Below, in pieces: positions 28,372 through 37,770 of a stretch of 64,000 nucleotides of DNA (position 1 is its first letter; every line of letters starts with the position of its first letter). Below the pieces are notes generated by a model. The model was not told the DNA's origin and did no database searches. It saw nothing but the letters and a program-made list of their open reading frames with translations. A program made the position numbers and the translations under genes. The stretch spans positions 372,001-436,000 of the IMG/VR virus record IMGVR_UViG_3300029922_000001; one strand, given 5' to 3'.

Positions 28372-28491
28372 CTAATTTTTACAATTGGTTACGTATCGTG
28401 CATCTTTAAGTAAAATAGCAGTAGATCCTACCACATTAGATGGTTCCAATAGATCATAGAGTCTCTGAAGTTTTTTTAGTTGTTCGTTCAT
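28372..28491 (-). CDS. 39-aa micro-protein behind the only minus-strand class-B promoter
   Basis: MNEQLKKLQRLYDLLEPS...; ATG 6 nt after TATACT (promoter 28498-28528, minus strand). Confidence 0.6.
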   Translation of the reverse strand: MNEQLKKLQRLYDLLEPSNVVGSTAILLKDARYVTNCKN

Positions 28492-28549
28492 GATATAAGT
28501 ATACCTTAATTTTGAGTGTTGGGGATTTTTAAAAAAGTCAATAAAAGTA

Positions 28550-28577
28550 TTGACAAATGATTAATTTGTGGTATACT
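28550..28577 (+). promoter_or_regulatory. sigma70-type promoter, tandem with a class-B promoter at ~28624-28655
   Basis: TTGACA-16-TATACT. Confidence 0.75.
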
Positions 28578-28664
28578 AAAAACAATCTCATGCGGGGATG
28601 TTCGGAAGTCAAGGCGACTAAAGAAAATCCCCAACACAAAAATTTGAGGTATACTGGACACACA

Positions 28665-29147
28665 ATGGAAAATACTACAACTGTTACGGAAAAGTCTCGA
28701 CGTGGGCGAAAGCCTCTAACCTTCATCGGTTTTCTCTCATTTGCGGATGCAAAGGCATATGTACAGGGTCTAAATATCACTTCTATCAAGGCATGGAATG
28801 AGTGGTGCAAGACTGATGCGCGACCTGAGAGTGTACCTGCTGCTCCTGGTCTAACTTATCGTGAGGATGGTTGGGTTGGAATGCCTGATTTCCTTGGTTA
28901 CACTGCTTCTGGTCGTGGTCGTCCTCTTGGTAGCAAGAACAATACAGTAGTTGATGTAGTCACTACTGAAGTTCTCAACGCTGCTGATACTTATGCTGCT
29001 TCTGTAGTTGTTGGAGATGAAGCTGCTGAAGTTGCTACTGGTGATGTTACGACTATTGAGGATGCTGTTCTTATCAATCTCATTGATAATATTCCTGACG
29101 TAGTTGCTGAAGTTCTTGCTGAGCAAGAAGCTGCAAACGTCGCCTAA
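28665..29147 (+). CDS. putative DNA-binding protein: integrase-repeat-like unit, AT-hook-like motifs, acidic tail
   Basis: FLSFADAKAYVQGLNITSIKAW...RPESVPAAP...GW.GMPDFLG; RRGRKP and GRGRP. Confidence 0.7.
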   Translation: MENTTTVTEKSRRGRKPLTFIGFLSFADAKAYVQGLNITSIKAWNEWCKTDARPESVPAAPGLTYREDGWVGMPDFLGYTASGRGRPLGSKNNTVVDVVTTEVLNAADTYAASVVVGDEAAEVATGDVTTIEDAVLINLIDNIPDVVAEVLAEQEAANVA

Positions 29148-29168
29148 TCAAGCGTAAATAACAACAAT

Positions 29169-29211
29169 AAAGTGCAAGCTAGGGATTAAAAAAATTCTCT
29201 ACTTGCACTTT
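29169..29211 (+). terminator. hairpin terminator
   Basis: AAAGTGCAAG/CTTGCACTTT. Confidence 0.7.
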
Positions 29212-29402
29212 ACTATCTCATTGGGGTATAATAATAGAAGTTATTAATTTATTAGTAACTAATCTTTATCAATGAGGATAGGGATAGCACACAAAAGAAT
29301 ATGAACGACGCTCCCAGGTAAGTGAGTGTTGTCATATCAGTGTTGCACAACAATATGATTTAATTTCGATTATAAGAAGTTGGATCAAACGATAGGAGAA
29401 CA

Positions 29403-29984
29403 ATGAAATTGACAAAATTTTTACCAGTGGTTGCATTATTGACATTATCTTGTGGAAGTACCTTGTCCGAAGGTCAAACACATAAATTATCATTTACTGC
29501 TCATCCAATAAAGAAAACGCATTTACTCTATGAGAAGTTAACTTCTAAAGTTGTAAAGATAGATGACCGTAAAACATTCGACAAGCGCAAGAACATTGCC
29601 AAGAAGATTGAGTTACGGTTTCGTAAGAGAGGTATTAATGACAAGAGGGCTATTATAGGCGCTTGGGTTAATGCTTGGCATGAATCTGAATTTAATCCAA
29701 AAGATGAATATTACGGTTGTAAGGGGTTATTCCAATTACTAAGTGATCATTCTGATCATTGGTTATACAATGCAGATCGCAACATAGATATTTTACTTAA
29801 TGAGGAACCTTATAAGCCACGTATTGACAAGTGGTACATATGGGTAAAGAAACATCCTCATGCTTCTGTTAGAGAAGTTACAGTGAAATTTGCTACAGAT
29901 GTAGAACGCTGTGCAAAACGATTTAGAGCAAGAAGAGGGGTTACCGCTATTCATTGGATGAAGGTAATCAATTCTGAATCATAA
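29403..29984 (+). CDS. exported lysozyme/lytic-transglycosylase-fold protein
   Basis: Signal/lipobox LTLSC; NAWHESEFNP...KGLFQL; SD AGGAG. Confidence 0.7.
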   Translation: MKLTKFLPVVALLTLSCGSTLSEGQTHKLSFTAHPIKKTHLLYEKLTSKVVKIDDRKTFDKRKNIAKKIELRFRKRGINDKRAIIGAWVNAWHESEFNPKDEYYGCKGLFQLLSDHSDHWLYNADRNIDILLNEEPYKPRIDKWYIWVKKHPHASVREVTVKFATDVERCAKRFRARRGVTAIHWMKVINSES

Positions 29985-29999
29985 GACTTATAATAAGTC

Positions 30000-30329
30000 A
30001 TGAACATTGATTTATACGACGTTAAAGAATCTTCAGTGCAGCCAAATTGTATTAGAATTTGGCATCCTGAAGATCAACCTTATGATTTTCCTTTTGGAGA
30101 TTATCCAAATAAAGATAGAAAATGTCTTTGGGTAATTGAGTCACCTAAAGACTTTGGTGGTTTCCCAGGTACTGAGTATTTATTCTATTCTGGTTTAGGT
30201 GGTGATACTGATAAACTAGAGATGGAAGATTCTATTATCTACTTTGTGTATGATCGTAGTAATAGAAGTGTTTGCGGTGATAATTGTCCATTTGAGATTT
30301 CTAATGATGATTGTTGTTGTAGTATTTAA
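30000..30329 (+). CDS. hypothetical protein
   Basis: ORF track. Confidence 0.65.
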   Translation: MNIDLYDVKESSVQPNCIRIWHPEDQPYDFPFGDYPNKDRKCLWVIESPKDFGGFPGTEYLFYSGLGGDTDKLEMEDSIIYFVYDRSNRSVCGDNCPFEISNDDCCCSI

Positions 30330-30394
30330 AATCCCAATAAGGAAAATCTAGGTATACTCTATTCATATGATGAATCTTTGTTTGAGGCAGAATA

Positions 30395-30685
30395 ATGATT
30401 AGAGTGACCTTTGAAATTCCTGATGGGAATTTTGTAATCCCCAAGAAACAAAAGGTATATACAAAAGGTGGTGGACAACACATGAAAGATGATGCTTTGT
30501 GTGGTGTTATCCAACATATAGATGAATATCTTAATTCGGCTAAAACATATCAACTTCTACAAGCAATGAAATGGTTAGCTAACGATAGTGTTGATAAAGA
30601 AGTGCGTGATGACATGGCTAAAATGCATACTGATATGTATGAACGCATGAAGGATCTTACAATTCTTAGAATTGAAGTCGATTAA
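30395..30685 (+). CDS. hypothetical protein
   Basis: ORF track. Confidence 0.65.
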   Translation: MIRVTFEIPDGNFVIPKKQKVYTKGGGQHMKDDALCGVIQHIDEYLNSAKTYQLLQAMKWLANDSVDKEVRDDMAKMHTDMYERMKDLTILRIEVD

Positions 30686-30769
30686 TAAAAATCCCCAACA
30701 CCCTGATTTGAGGTATACTAAACAAAAGGATATATCGAAATTGGGATATAGAAAAGGCGATGACAACAA

Positions 30770-31822
30770 ATGTTTAATGTAGAAAATCTTGAGAAAATGG
30801 TTACTGAGGGATATATTCACAAGATTCCTCATGAAAATGGATTATATCATCTATTAAATTATACGCCTTTGGCTGCGTTCAAAAAGGTGTGGAATTTTGA
30901 AACTCTTAATAGTCGTGGTACGGTTATTGATAATGAATACAATATCATTTCAAAACCTATGGAAAAATTTTTTAATGATTTCGAAGTCACTGAAGGTTTA
31001 ATTCCTTATCATCTTCCATTTGATGCATTTACAAAATTGGACGGTTCTTGTATCATTGTGAGACGATTAGGTGATGAACTTCTTGTGAACACTCGTGGCT
31101 CATTTAAATCACCGCAATCACAAATGGCTCATTTATTGTTAAAAGAAAAGTATAACATTAATGATTTTGATCCAAATTACACTTATATTTTCGAATATAT
31201 CGGGTTAGAAAATCGTATTGTGGTGTTATATAAAGAAAGCGATGTTGTTCTTTTAACAATGTATGATATGCGAACATTAGAAGAAGTTGAATATGATCAA
31301 TTCCCTAAACATTTCAATATTGTTAAGCGATATGATGGTCTTGATATTGAAACAATGAAATCATTAGACATTCCAAATGAAGAAGGTTTTGTTGTTAGAT
31401 TTTCTAACGGTTTCCGTATGAAACTGAAGATGAAAACTTATATGTCACTTCATGGAATTGTTACAGGATTGAGTTCTAGAAAAGTTTGGGAATTAATGAA
31501 AGATGGAAAATCTCTAGAAGAAATTGCATCTGCTTTACCAGATGAATTTTATGAATTCGCAACTAAAACAAAAACACAACTTCAGGATAAGTTTGATGCA
31601 ATTGAAAGCAAGGTGCAGATTGCTCAGATGGGACTTGCGTTCGCAGGTTTAACTGAGCGAAAGGATAAAGCATTGTGGATTCAGGCTAATGCTAAGGATG
31701 TTGCACCATACATGTATGCATGGCTTGATGGTAAGGATTTCACCGCTGGTATTTGGAAGTCAATCTATCCTCCATATATCAGCCCTTTTGAAGAAAGAGC
31801 TAAGTTAACAGGAGAGAACTAA
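30770..31822 (+). CDS. rnlA: RNA ligase 1 (T4 RnlA-like)
   Basis: SRGTV...KFFN, motif I KLDGS, FEYIG.ENRIVV.Y, EEGFVVRF...RMKLK. Confidence 0.85.
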   Translation: MFNVENLEKMVTEGYIHKIPHENGLYHLLNYTPLAAFKKVWNFETLNSRGTVIDNEYNIISKPMEKFFNDFEVTEGLIPYHLPFDAFTKLDGSCIIVRRLGDELLVNTRGSFKSPQSQMAHLLLKEKYNINDFDPNYTYIFEYIGLENRIVVLYKESDVVLLTMYDMRTLEEVEYDQFPKHFNIVKRYDGLDIETMKSLDIPNEEGFVVRFSNGFRMKLKMKTYMSLHGIVTGLSSRKVWELMKDGKSLEEIASALPDEFYEFATKTKTQLQDKFDAIESKVQIAQMGLAFAGLTERKDKALWIQANAKDVAPYMYAWLDGKDFTAGIWKSIYPPYISPFEERAKLTGEN

Positions 31823-32154
31823 TGCAACAGTGGGAATATATAATTTTAAGAATGGGCTATGTTGAACTAAGTTCAACAATTGATGAAGTGGGTAAAAATG
31901 GTTGGGAACTAGTAAATGTAGTTAGTTTTAGTGATTCAACTGCATTAATGGCATTTTTTAAACGACCATTGGTTGTAGTTGAAGAAGTTGAAGAAAAGGC
32001 TTTAACTCACCGATCAGATAAGTTCATTTGGTATCATGATGAATCATTTTGCAATCGTGCAGATTTGGACAAGTTCGGAGATTGTCCAGTATGTAAAATT
32101 CATCCAGATACACAATCAGTTTGTGGTAGACACAACCCAAACTATACAGAATAG
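31822..32154 (+). CDS. hypothetical protein (DUF4177-like N-terminus)
   Basis: WEY...G..GWELV.V...AFFKRP. Confidence 0.6.
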   Translation: MQQWEYIILRMGYVELSSTIDEVGKNGWELVNVVSFSDSTALMAFFKRPLVVVEEVEEKALTHRSDKFIWYHDESFCNRADLDKFGDCPVCKIHPDTQSVCGRHNPNYTE

Positions 32155-32221
32155 GGTATAATAAAATCATCATCGCAAGAACTCTGAGATGAAATCTAAA
32201 AGCAGGTAAAAACAAAACAAC

Positions 32222-32428
32222 ATGGCATCCAATCTAAAAGCAGATTCGTATTCGTTCTTCTATCGACTTCCAAAGGACAGTCCTGACATCGCCTTGATTC
32301 TTGAGGTACTTGAGTATTCCAAGCTTGAAGGTGGTCCAATCCCTTATCGTGTTACTCCAAAGGAAACGGTAACTGAGATTTGGCTTGACTCGACTCGTCT
32401 TGAGGATGCACGAAAGTTCGTCTATTAA
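32222..32428 (+). CDS. hypothetical protein
   Basis: ORF track. Confidence 0.65.
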   Translation: MASNLKADSYSFFYRLPKDSPDIALILEVLEYSKLEGGPIPYRVTPKETVTEIWLDSTRLEDARKFVY

Positions 32429-32469
32429 TTTGATTTCCCCAATGGGGGAAACCGAGGTATACTTTGCTT

Positions 32470-32670
32470 ATGGATCGTATTAAACAGAATCGCTTAGATA
32501 ATCAGCGTGATAATTCCACCTTAGACCAAACTCAACGCAAGAGATTAATGGGAACAACACATTGGTTTGCTTTTGTTTCAGGTTGGATTAATGCAGCAGA
32601 AGCTATAGATATTCTTAATGTCTATGCACGAATTGATGAAGCTAATGCGCGTTTTGGATTTCCCCAATAA
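32470..32670 (+). CDS. hypothetical protein
   Basis: Leaderless behind class-B promoter; ends FPQ*. Confidence 0.7.
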   Translation: MDRIKQNRLDNQRDNSTLDQTQRKRLMGTTHWFAFVSGWINAAEAIDILNVYARIDEANARFGFPQ

Positions 32671-32694
32671 AGGAATAAAAGGTATACTCTAATC

Positions 32695-32889
32695 ATGGAT
32701 AAACCATTTTCAGTAATTGATGAATTCGAAAACTGCTATTCTCAACATGGAACAAAAGACAAAGCACAAGACAGTATCTATGATCTAGTTGGAGTCTTTA
32801 TTGGTGTTCCTTTTGAGATTACTGAAAAATTAGATTGGAATGAAGGTGGTACTAAGTTTCAATATGACAAAATGGCGGTGACACTATAA
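32695..32889 (+). CDS. hypothetical protein
   Basis: Leaderless behind class-B promoter. Confidence 0.7.
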   Translation: MDKPFSVIDEFENCYSQHGTKDKAQDSIYDLVGVFIGVPFEITEKLDWNEGGTKFQYDKMAVTL

Positions 32890-33092
32890 TGACAGGACTA
32901 TCTAAATCTCAAATTAAACGGCTTGATAATCTCCTAGTTAGTGAAAAGGATCATCTAGGATATATCACACGTAGTGAACGTATTCTTAAACGGATTAGAG
33001 CGCGAATTGAGGAAATTCAAAGGTATTGCATTCACGAATTCAATGATGGTGAGAACGTGTGTATTCTTTGTGGGAAGAAAATTCCCCAATAA
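32889..33092 (+). CDS. small coiled-coil/Zn-finger protein
   Basis: C.HEF...C.LCG; similar to 40309-40527. Confidence 0.65.
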   Translation: MTGLSKSQIKRLDNLLVSEKDHLGYITRSERILKRIRARIEEIQRYCIHEFNDGENVCILCGKKIPQ

Positions 33093-33299
33093 GGAAAATC
33101 AAGGTATACTCTGATCGTGGACCCAAACTTGACCCACGGTATTTTCCCTCAAGAGTGCAATAGAACTCCTATTGGATTCATTGAATTAAAAAGGGATAAT
33201 CAAAGGCATTTATATACTTCGCTCACAAAATAGGTTGCAAATCACGAAAAGCGTGATATAATAAATCCATAAGCCGAAAGGATCGGCAAGGAGAATCTA

Positions 33300-33737
33300 A
33301 TGGAAAACACTCTCAAACCAAATACTCAGCAACTAGGCGAAAGTCTTATTATCAGCATCAAGGGGAAGGGGTATGCAGTGACCTCTGTCGAAGAGGTTTA
33401 CAATTTGTGCGCTAAGTCAGCAGCGGCAATCAAGAATGTTCTCACTGAACTTGAACGAGCTGAAAATGCACTCGAAAATGATGCTGACGAAACCGTAATT
33501 CGAGTAACTTGGAGCAAGCCAACTCGCCGATACCCTTCGAAGCCTTGCATGGAATTGGTAAAGATCGTGTGCTTTAATTCAAGCCCAAAGTTTGCAACCA
33601 CAGTGCAGGGAGAACAAGTCGGCAGATCAACACTTTACAGAATGCCCAAAAAGGCTCGAATTGCAAACATTTTTGCAAAACGCAATGAGGCTTATTACAA
33701 GAGAGCGGAATTGATTCAAGACAGTGCATATAATTAA
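33300..33737 (+). CDS. hypothetical protein
   Basis: SD AAGGAG; TTGCAA-16-TATAAT promoter. Confidence 0.8.
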   Translation: MENTLKPNTQQLGESLIISIKGKGYAVTSVEEVYNLCAKSAAAIKNVLTELERAENALENDADETVIRVTWSKPTRRYPSKPCMELVKIVCFNSSPKFATTVQGEQVGRSTLYRMPKKARIANIFAKRNEAYYKRAELIQDSAYN

Positions 33738-33775
33738 ATAATCCCCAATAGGGGAAACCGAGGTATACTAAGACT

Positions 33776-33961
33776 ATGAAAAAAGCGAAGGTCGAAAAAC
33801 GAGGGAAAACCCTAATCATCAAAATTACTGTTGATCCATTTGCTGGTGGATCGCACACTACTTACAGCGGTTACGGTCTTCATGTTAAGGGAACTAGCAA
33901 GCATAATCGTGTTAGCAATCGACTTGAAGCAAGAAAGGCACAAAGGGGAGATTATGATTAA
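33776..33961 (+). CDS. small basic protein
   Basis: Leaderless behind class-B promoter. Confidence 0.65.
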   Translation: MKKAKVEKRGKTLIIKITVDPFAGGSHTTYSGYGLHVKGTSKHNRVSNRLEARKAQRGDYD

Positions 33962-34157
33962 ACTTACTGTAGATAAGAATTCGACAATGGCATCTATCAC
34001 TAGAAGATTGAATGCACTTTTCCCTGGAGAGGATGTTGCACTCATTTTTGATGATAAGCCAACTAAACGTCATTTTGTCTATATGGGTTCTGGTAATCAT
34101 CCAGAAGGTCATCCTTTTATGTATATTAAGAGTGATGAAGTATATAGTAAGAATTAA
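33954..34157 (+). CDS. hypothetical protein
   Basis: SD GGGGAG upstream of 33954. Confidence 0.55.
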   Translation: MIKLTVDKNSTMASITRRLNALFPGEDVALIFDDKPTKRHFVYMGSGNHPEGHPFMYIKSDEVYSKN

Positions 34158-34336
34158 AAAGACCATTGTGCAAGAAACTAGAATTGTAGTTGATGTATTT
34201 CAAGACGATCCAGAAAATACGATTTTCGAAGATATTACATTAGATGCAATACACAGAGAATTACCAGGTGTGGATTGGCTAACAGTTGATGTATACTATG
34301 AAGTGCTTGCAAAAACAGAAGAACAAGGATAATGAA

Positions 34337-34600
34337 ATGGCTAATATCTATGTAATCGAACGTTTATCTCTACATAACAAGGTAAGATTTACAAGTAATG
34401 ATCTAACTATAGAGCTAGACTATAATTTGAAAAATCGAAATTTGCCTGTTAGTTATGAGCAGATAATAGATGATTTAATTGAATTTAGTCCAGAATTCGA
34501 AGAAACACTACATGAGATTATCAACACCCAAAGAACTTTAGATTTTTGTTCAGGTCAGCAATTTTGGGCTGATGATATCAAACGTTTTTTAAGACGGTAA
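34337..34600 (+). CDS. hypothetical protein
   Basis: ORF track. Confidence 0.6.
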   Translation: MANIYVIERLSLHNKVRFTSNDLTIELDYNLKNRNLPVSYEQIIDDLIEFSPEFEETLHEIINTQRTLDFCSGQQFWADDIKRFLRR

Positions 34601-34602
34601 AA

Positions 34603-34800
34603 ATGGCTTTTAGAACAGATTTAATTATTGAAGCATGTAGATTGACATTGGAAGAAATTCGAGTTCCTACCGAAGATGAACTAAAACATATTATTCCAGC
34701 TATTATTGAATATGCAAATTTTGCTCATTGTCCAATTAATGAAGTAGCACCTTCACTAATTTGTGCTACTCGTTATGCTTTACTTGAAAATCCCCAATAG
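34603..34800 (+). CDS. hypothetical protein
   Basis: Ends ENPQ*. Confidence 0.6.
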   Translation: MAFRTDLIIEACRLTLEEIRVPTEDELKHIIPAIIEYANFAHCPINEVAPSLICATRYALLENPQ

Positions 34801-34824
34801 ACAAACAAGAGGTATACTCCCAAT

Positions 34825-35310
34825 ATGAAAAGAGTGACTGAAATGAACGGCAATAGGGCTAATGGTATTCGTGGATGTAGAATCACAATTTGGGATAACA
34901 ACAGCAATATTATAGATCGTTTTGTTGTTCCTTCTATGTTTGGTGGAGTTAATTATTGCAAAAAATATCCTAATGGTATATATGGTAAAAGATTTTATAA
35001 TGCTTTAAAAGAAATCCCCAATACTGGGATTCGAGGTATACTCCCAGTATGGAGAATAGTCATGTTTCGAACTTATGCGTACATTTTAAAATTAGATGCT
35101 AATTACACAAATGGTGTTATTGATAGGGAATTCACGGAAGTATCTAATGAAGAAATTCAGTTCTTAACAAAGAAATCATCTAAGGAAAAGCCACTCACTC
35201 CATTACAATTTAAGTTTGGTGATATGTTCACTTCTAATATCTATTTAGATGGTGATGAATACATTAACACAGAAGATGGTTTAGTTCCTATTGAAGAAAT
35301 CATTCAGTAA
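34825..35310 (+). CDS. hypothetical protein (reads through an internal class-B element at ~35013-35042; may be two genes)
   Basis: Leaderless start; internal promoter encodes EIPNTGIRGIL. Confidence 0.55.
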   Translation: MKRVTEMNGNRANGIRGCRITIWDNNSNIIDRFVVPSMFGGVNYCKKYPNGIYGKRFYNALKEIPNTGIRGILPVWRIVMFRTYAYILKLDANYTNGVIDREFTEVSNEEIQFLTKKSSKEKPLTPLQFKFGDMFTSNIYLDGDEYINTEDGLVPIEEIIQ

Positions 35311-35442
35311 GGGAAAGTCTCAGCGTTGAGATCTCCTTTATTTTCCCTATTTCCTTGGATGGTGTTTATCTATACACTAATTAATTGAATTATTCGAACA
35401 ATTCGAAATCCCCAATAGAAGAAATTGAGGTATACTCTGATC

Positions 35443-36405
35443 ATGAAAACAAAAACATTTTCTCGTGAAATTAGTTTAATTAAAGCAGCTAATGAAGTTT
35501 ATTCTTTATGTGATAGCTACGGTATTAAAAAAGGATGTTTAGGTGCTTTTGATAAAAACATTAAGCCTTTTGGTTTAAAGAGAGAAGATCTTAAAGAAAT
35601 TTTGAAATATGTTTCTATTCAAAACAAAATTAGAACAAATAGATATAATTTAAGTTTAAAGATAAATTCTAAAAAACAGGGATATACTTTAGTTCCAAAT
35701 ATAGTTAAGAAACTTAATGATTTAAAAATTAGGACTATTAGTTATAATGTTAAAAATGTTCTTAGAACATCTAATCTAAAAATTGTATTATCTAATAACC
35801 CAAATAAGTTTAATGCAACTCATACTTCTACTACTGATTATGGTGGAAGATACCCAGAGACAACACATTATAACACTATTACAGTACCTAGTAATTGGCG
35901 ACTAAGAGTGGATAAGTTAGGAATTAGTAATTTAGGTAACATGTTTACATTAGACGCTTTTCCTTGTGAAACCAAAGGTGATTTTAAATTATATTCTGCA
36001 ATGTGGATTTCTCAAGGTCGTGGTTATAATTTAAATGTCCATAAAGGTTTTATTGCGGTAAAAGACAATGAATCATGTCATGCATTGACATCTAGTTCTG
36101 CTATTTCTGGATTAAAAAGAAAATTATCTTTAACTAAAGAAGAAAAATTAGCAATGGGATTAAAACTTATTAATTCATCGTTGTCAAAAAAAGTAAAACA
36201 AAATAATCATCTTTATGTTACTCTTCAAGATGCTTATACTGTAGGTTCCTGTGATAGCGGAATTAGATCATGGTGTAATCATGTGGGTTTAAATTATTAT
36301 GATGGTAAAGCGCCGATTGAATTAGTTATGAAAGGTTATGAATTAGCACCATTATCAGAAGTTAGAAGAACACTTTTATATACACTTAGAAATTCTCCCC
36401 AATAG
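35443..36405 (+). CDS. hypothetical basic protein
   Basis: 320 aa; leaderless; ends NSPQ*. Confidence 0.8.
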   Translation: MKTKTFSREISLIKAANEVYSLCDSYGIKKGCLGAFDKNIKPFGLKREDLKEILKYVSIQNKIRTNRYNLSLKINSKKQGYTLVPNIVKKLNDLKIRTISYNVKNVLRTSNLKIVLSNNPNKFNATHTSTTDYGGRYPETTHYNTITVPSNWRLRVDKLGISNLGNMFTLDAFPCETKGDFKLYSAMWISQGRGYNLNVHKGFIAVKDNESCHALTSSSAISGLKRKLSLTKEEKLAMGLKLINSSLSKKVKQNNHLYVTLQDAYTVGSCDSGIRSWCNHVGLNYYDGKAPIELVMKGYELAPLSEVRRTLLYTLRNSPQ

Positions 36406-36429
36406 AAGAAATTGAGGTATACTCGAAAC

Positions 36430-36678
36430 ATGAAGATTTTTAAAGACCAATTAATTAATTTATCAGGTTGTAATCAACCTGGTAAAGTCAGAGTTATGAC
36501 TACCATTACTCAGTATGACTTGCGTTATAAGATTTTTGACGCCATTAAGGAAGAGTTAGGTTTACCTGAACTTTCTTTAGAGGTTAGTGCAATTAGCATG
36601 GATGAAACTGGAAATTGGCATATTGATCTTAATATACCTATTGGCGTTGCAAAAGAATTAGTCGGAAATATTGCCTAG
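36430..36678 (+). CDS. hypothetical protein
   Basis: Leaderless behind class-B promoter. Confidence 0.7.
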   Translation: MKIFKDQLINLSGCNQPGKVRVMTTITQYDLRYKIFDAIKEELGLPELSLEVSAISMDETGNWHIDLNIPIGVAKELVGNIA

Positions 36679-36741
36679 AAAATCCCCAATAAGGAAAATT
36701 GAGGTATACTAAACACAACGAACGGAGAATACGAAAACAAA

Positions 36742-37692
36742 ATGATTCAACAACTAGCATATACAATCGCCCGAAACGGCAACATTACAGTTTATGTGAA
36801 CTTCAATCCTTATCATGTTAACGCTGAAGCGCCAAACTATGAGAAGGTTATGGAAATTCTCAAAAGCGATACCGCGACTAAGATTGATGATCTACTTGTC
36901 GCACTTGACGTAAGAGCGGCTTTGACCAGTCATCTCAGTAACTACATTACCATTGTTGACAATGAGTTGTATTACAAGGATACCGTCATCAACACAACCT
37001 TGGCGGATCGTATTGTAGAATTCTTTCATAAGGGATATGCGATCAGCAACCTTATTAAGTTTTTCGAACGACTTCAAGCTAACCCTTCAGAAAGGGCACA
37101 AATTGAACTTTTCAACTTTCTTGAGAAGAACGACTTGCACATTACCGATGATGGTTACTTCCTTGCATATAAGAAGGTAAGGTCTAATTACACTGACTTG
37201 CGAACCGGTACGTTTGACAATAGTGTAGGTGCAACACCTTGGATGGATCGTAACGAATGCGACGATAATGCAGATGAAGATTGTTCTCATGGACTTCATG
37301 TTGGAACTTACAAGTTTGCTTATGGGTTTAGTAACAATTATGACAATAAGCTTATTCTTGTAAAGGTAGACCCAACGGATTGTGTATCTGTACCTAAGTC
37401 TGATGCAGGAAAGATGCGTGTATGTCAATACTTGGTTATTGCTGATGTCACTGGAAAGGACGGGGTAACTCCTGCTTTTGTTGCAGAATCAACAGTAACA
37501 CAATTGGCTCCAACTCCTACTCCAGTTGTTGCAACTGAAAAGAAGTTGTATCGGGACAAGCAGGGGCACTTTATCTCTAAGGAAAAATATGATGCACTTC
37601 ATGTTGTCACTAACCAATTCCCTAATGGGGTAACACTGACAACAAATAAGTTGCCACAACGTGACAGTAAGGGTAGGTTCCTACCTAAGTAA
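36742..37692 (+). CDS. rIIB: rIIB-like protein
   Basis: ITDDGYFLAYKKV...DNSVG...CS.GLHVG...LVKVDPTDCVSVP...KMRVC; RDSKGRF tail. Confidence 0.85.
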   Translation: MIQQLAYTIARNGNITVYVNFNPYHVNAEAPNYEKVMEILKSDTATKIDDLLVALDVRAALTSHLSNYITIVDNELYYKDTVINTTLADRIVEFFHKGYAISNLIKFFERLQANPSERAQIELFNFLEKNDLHITDDGYFLAYKKVRSNYTDLRTGTFDNSVGATPWMDRNECDDNADEDCSHGLHVGTYKFAYGFSNNYDNKLILVKVDPTDCVSVPKSDAGKMRVCQYLVIADVTGKDGVTPAFVAESTVTQLAPTPTPVVATEKKLYRDKQGHFISKEKYDALHVVTNQFPNGVTLTTNKLPQRDSKGRFLPK

Positions 37693-37770
37693 AAATCCCC
37701 AATGGGGAAAATCAAGGTATACTGGGAATGTAAGAAACATTCTCAGTAACGAGAAGAAAAATAGGAGACT

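Noticed and set aside
28665-29147. Calling the integrase-repeat-like proteins integrases
   Set aside because: They lack any tyrosine (R-H-R-Y) or serine recombinase catalytic domain; only the short repeat unit is present.
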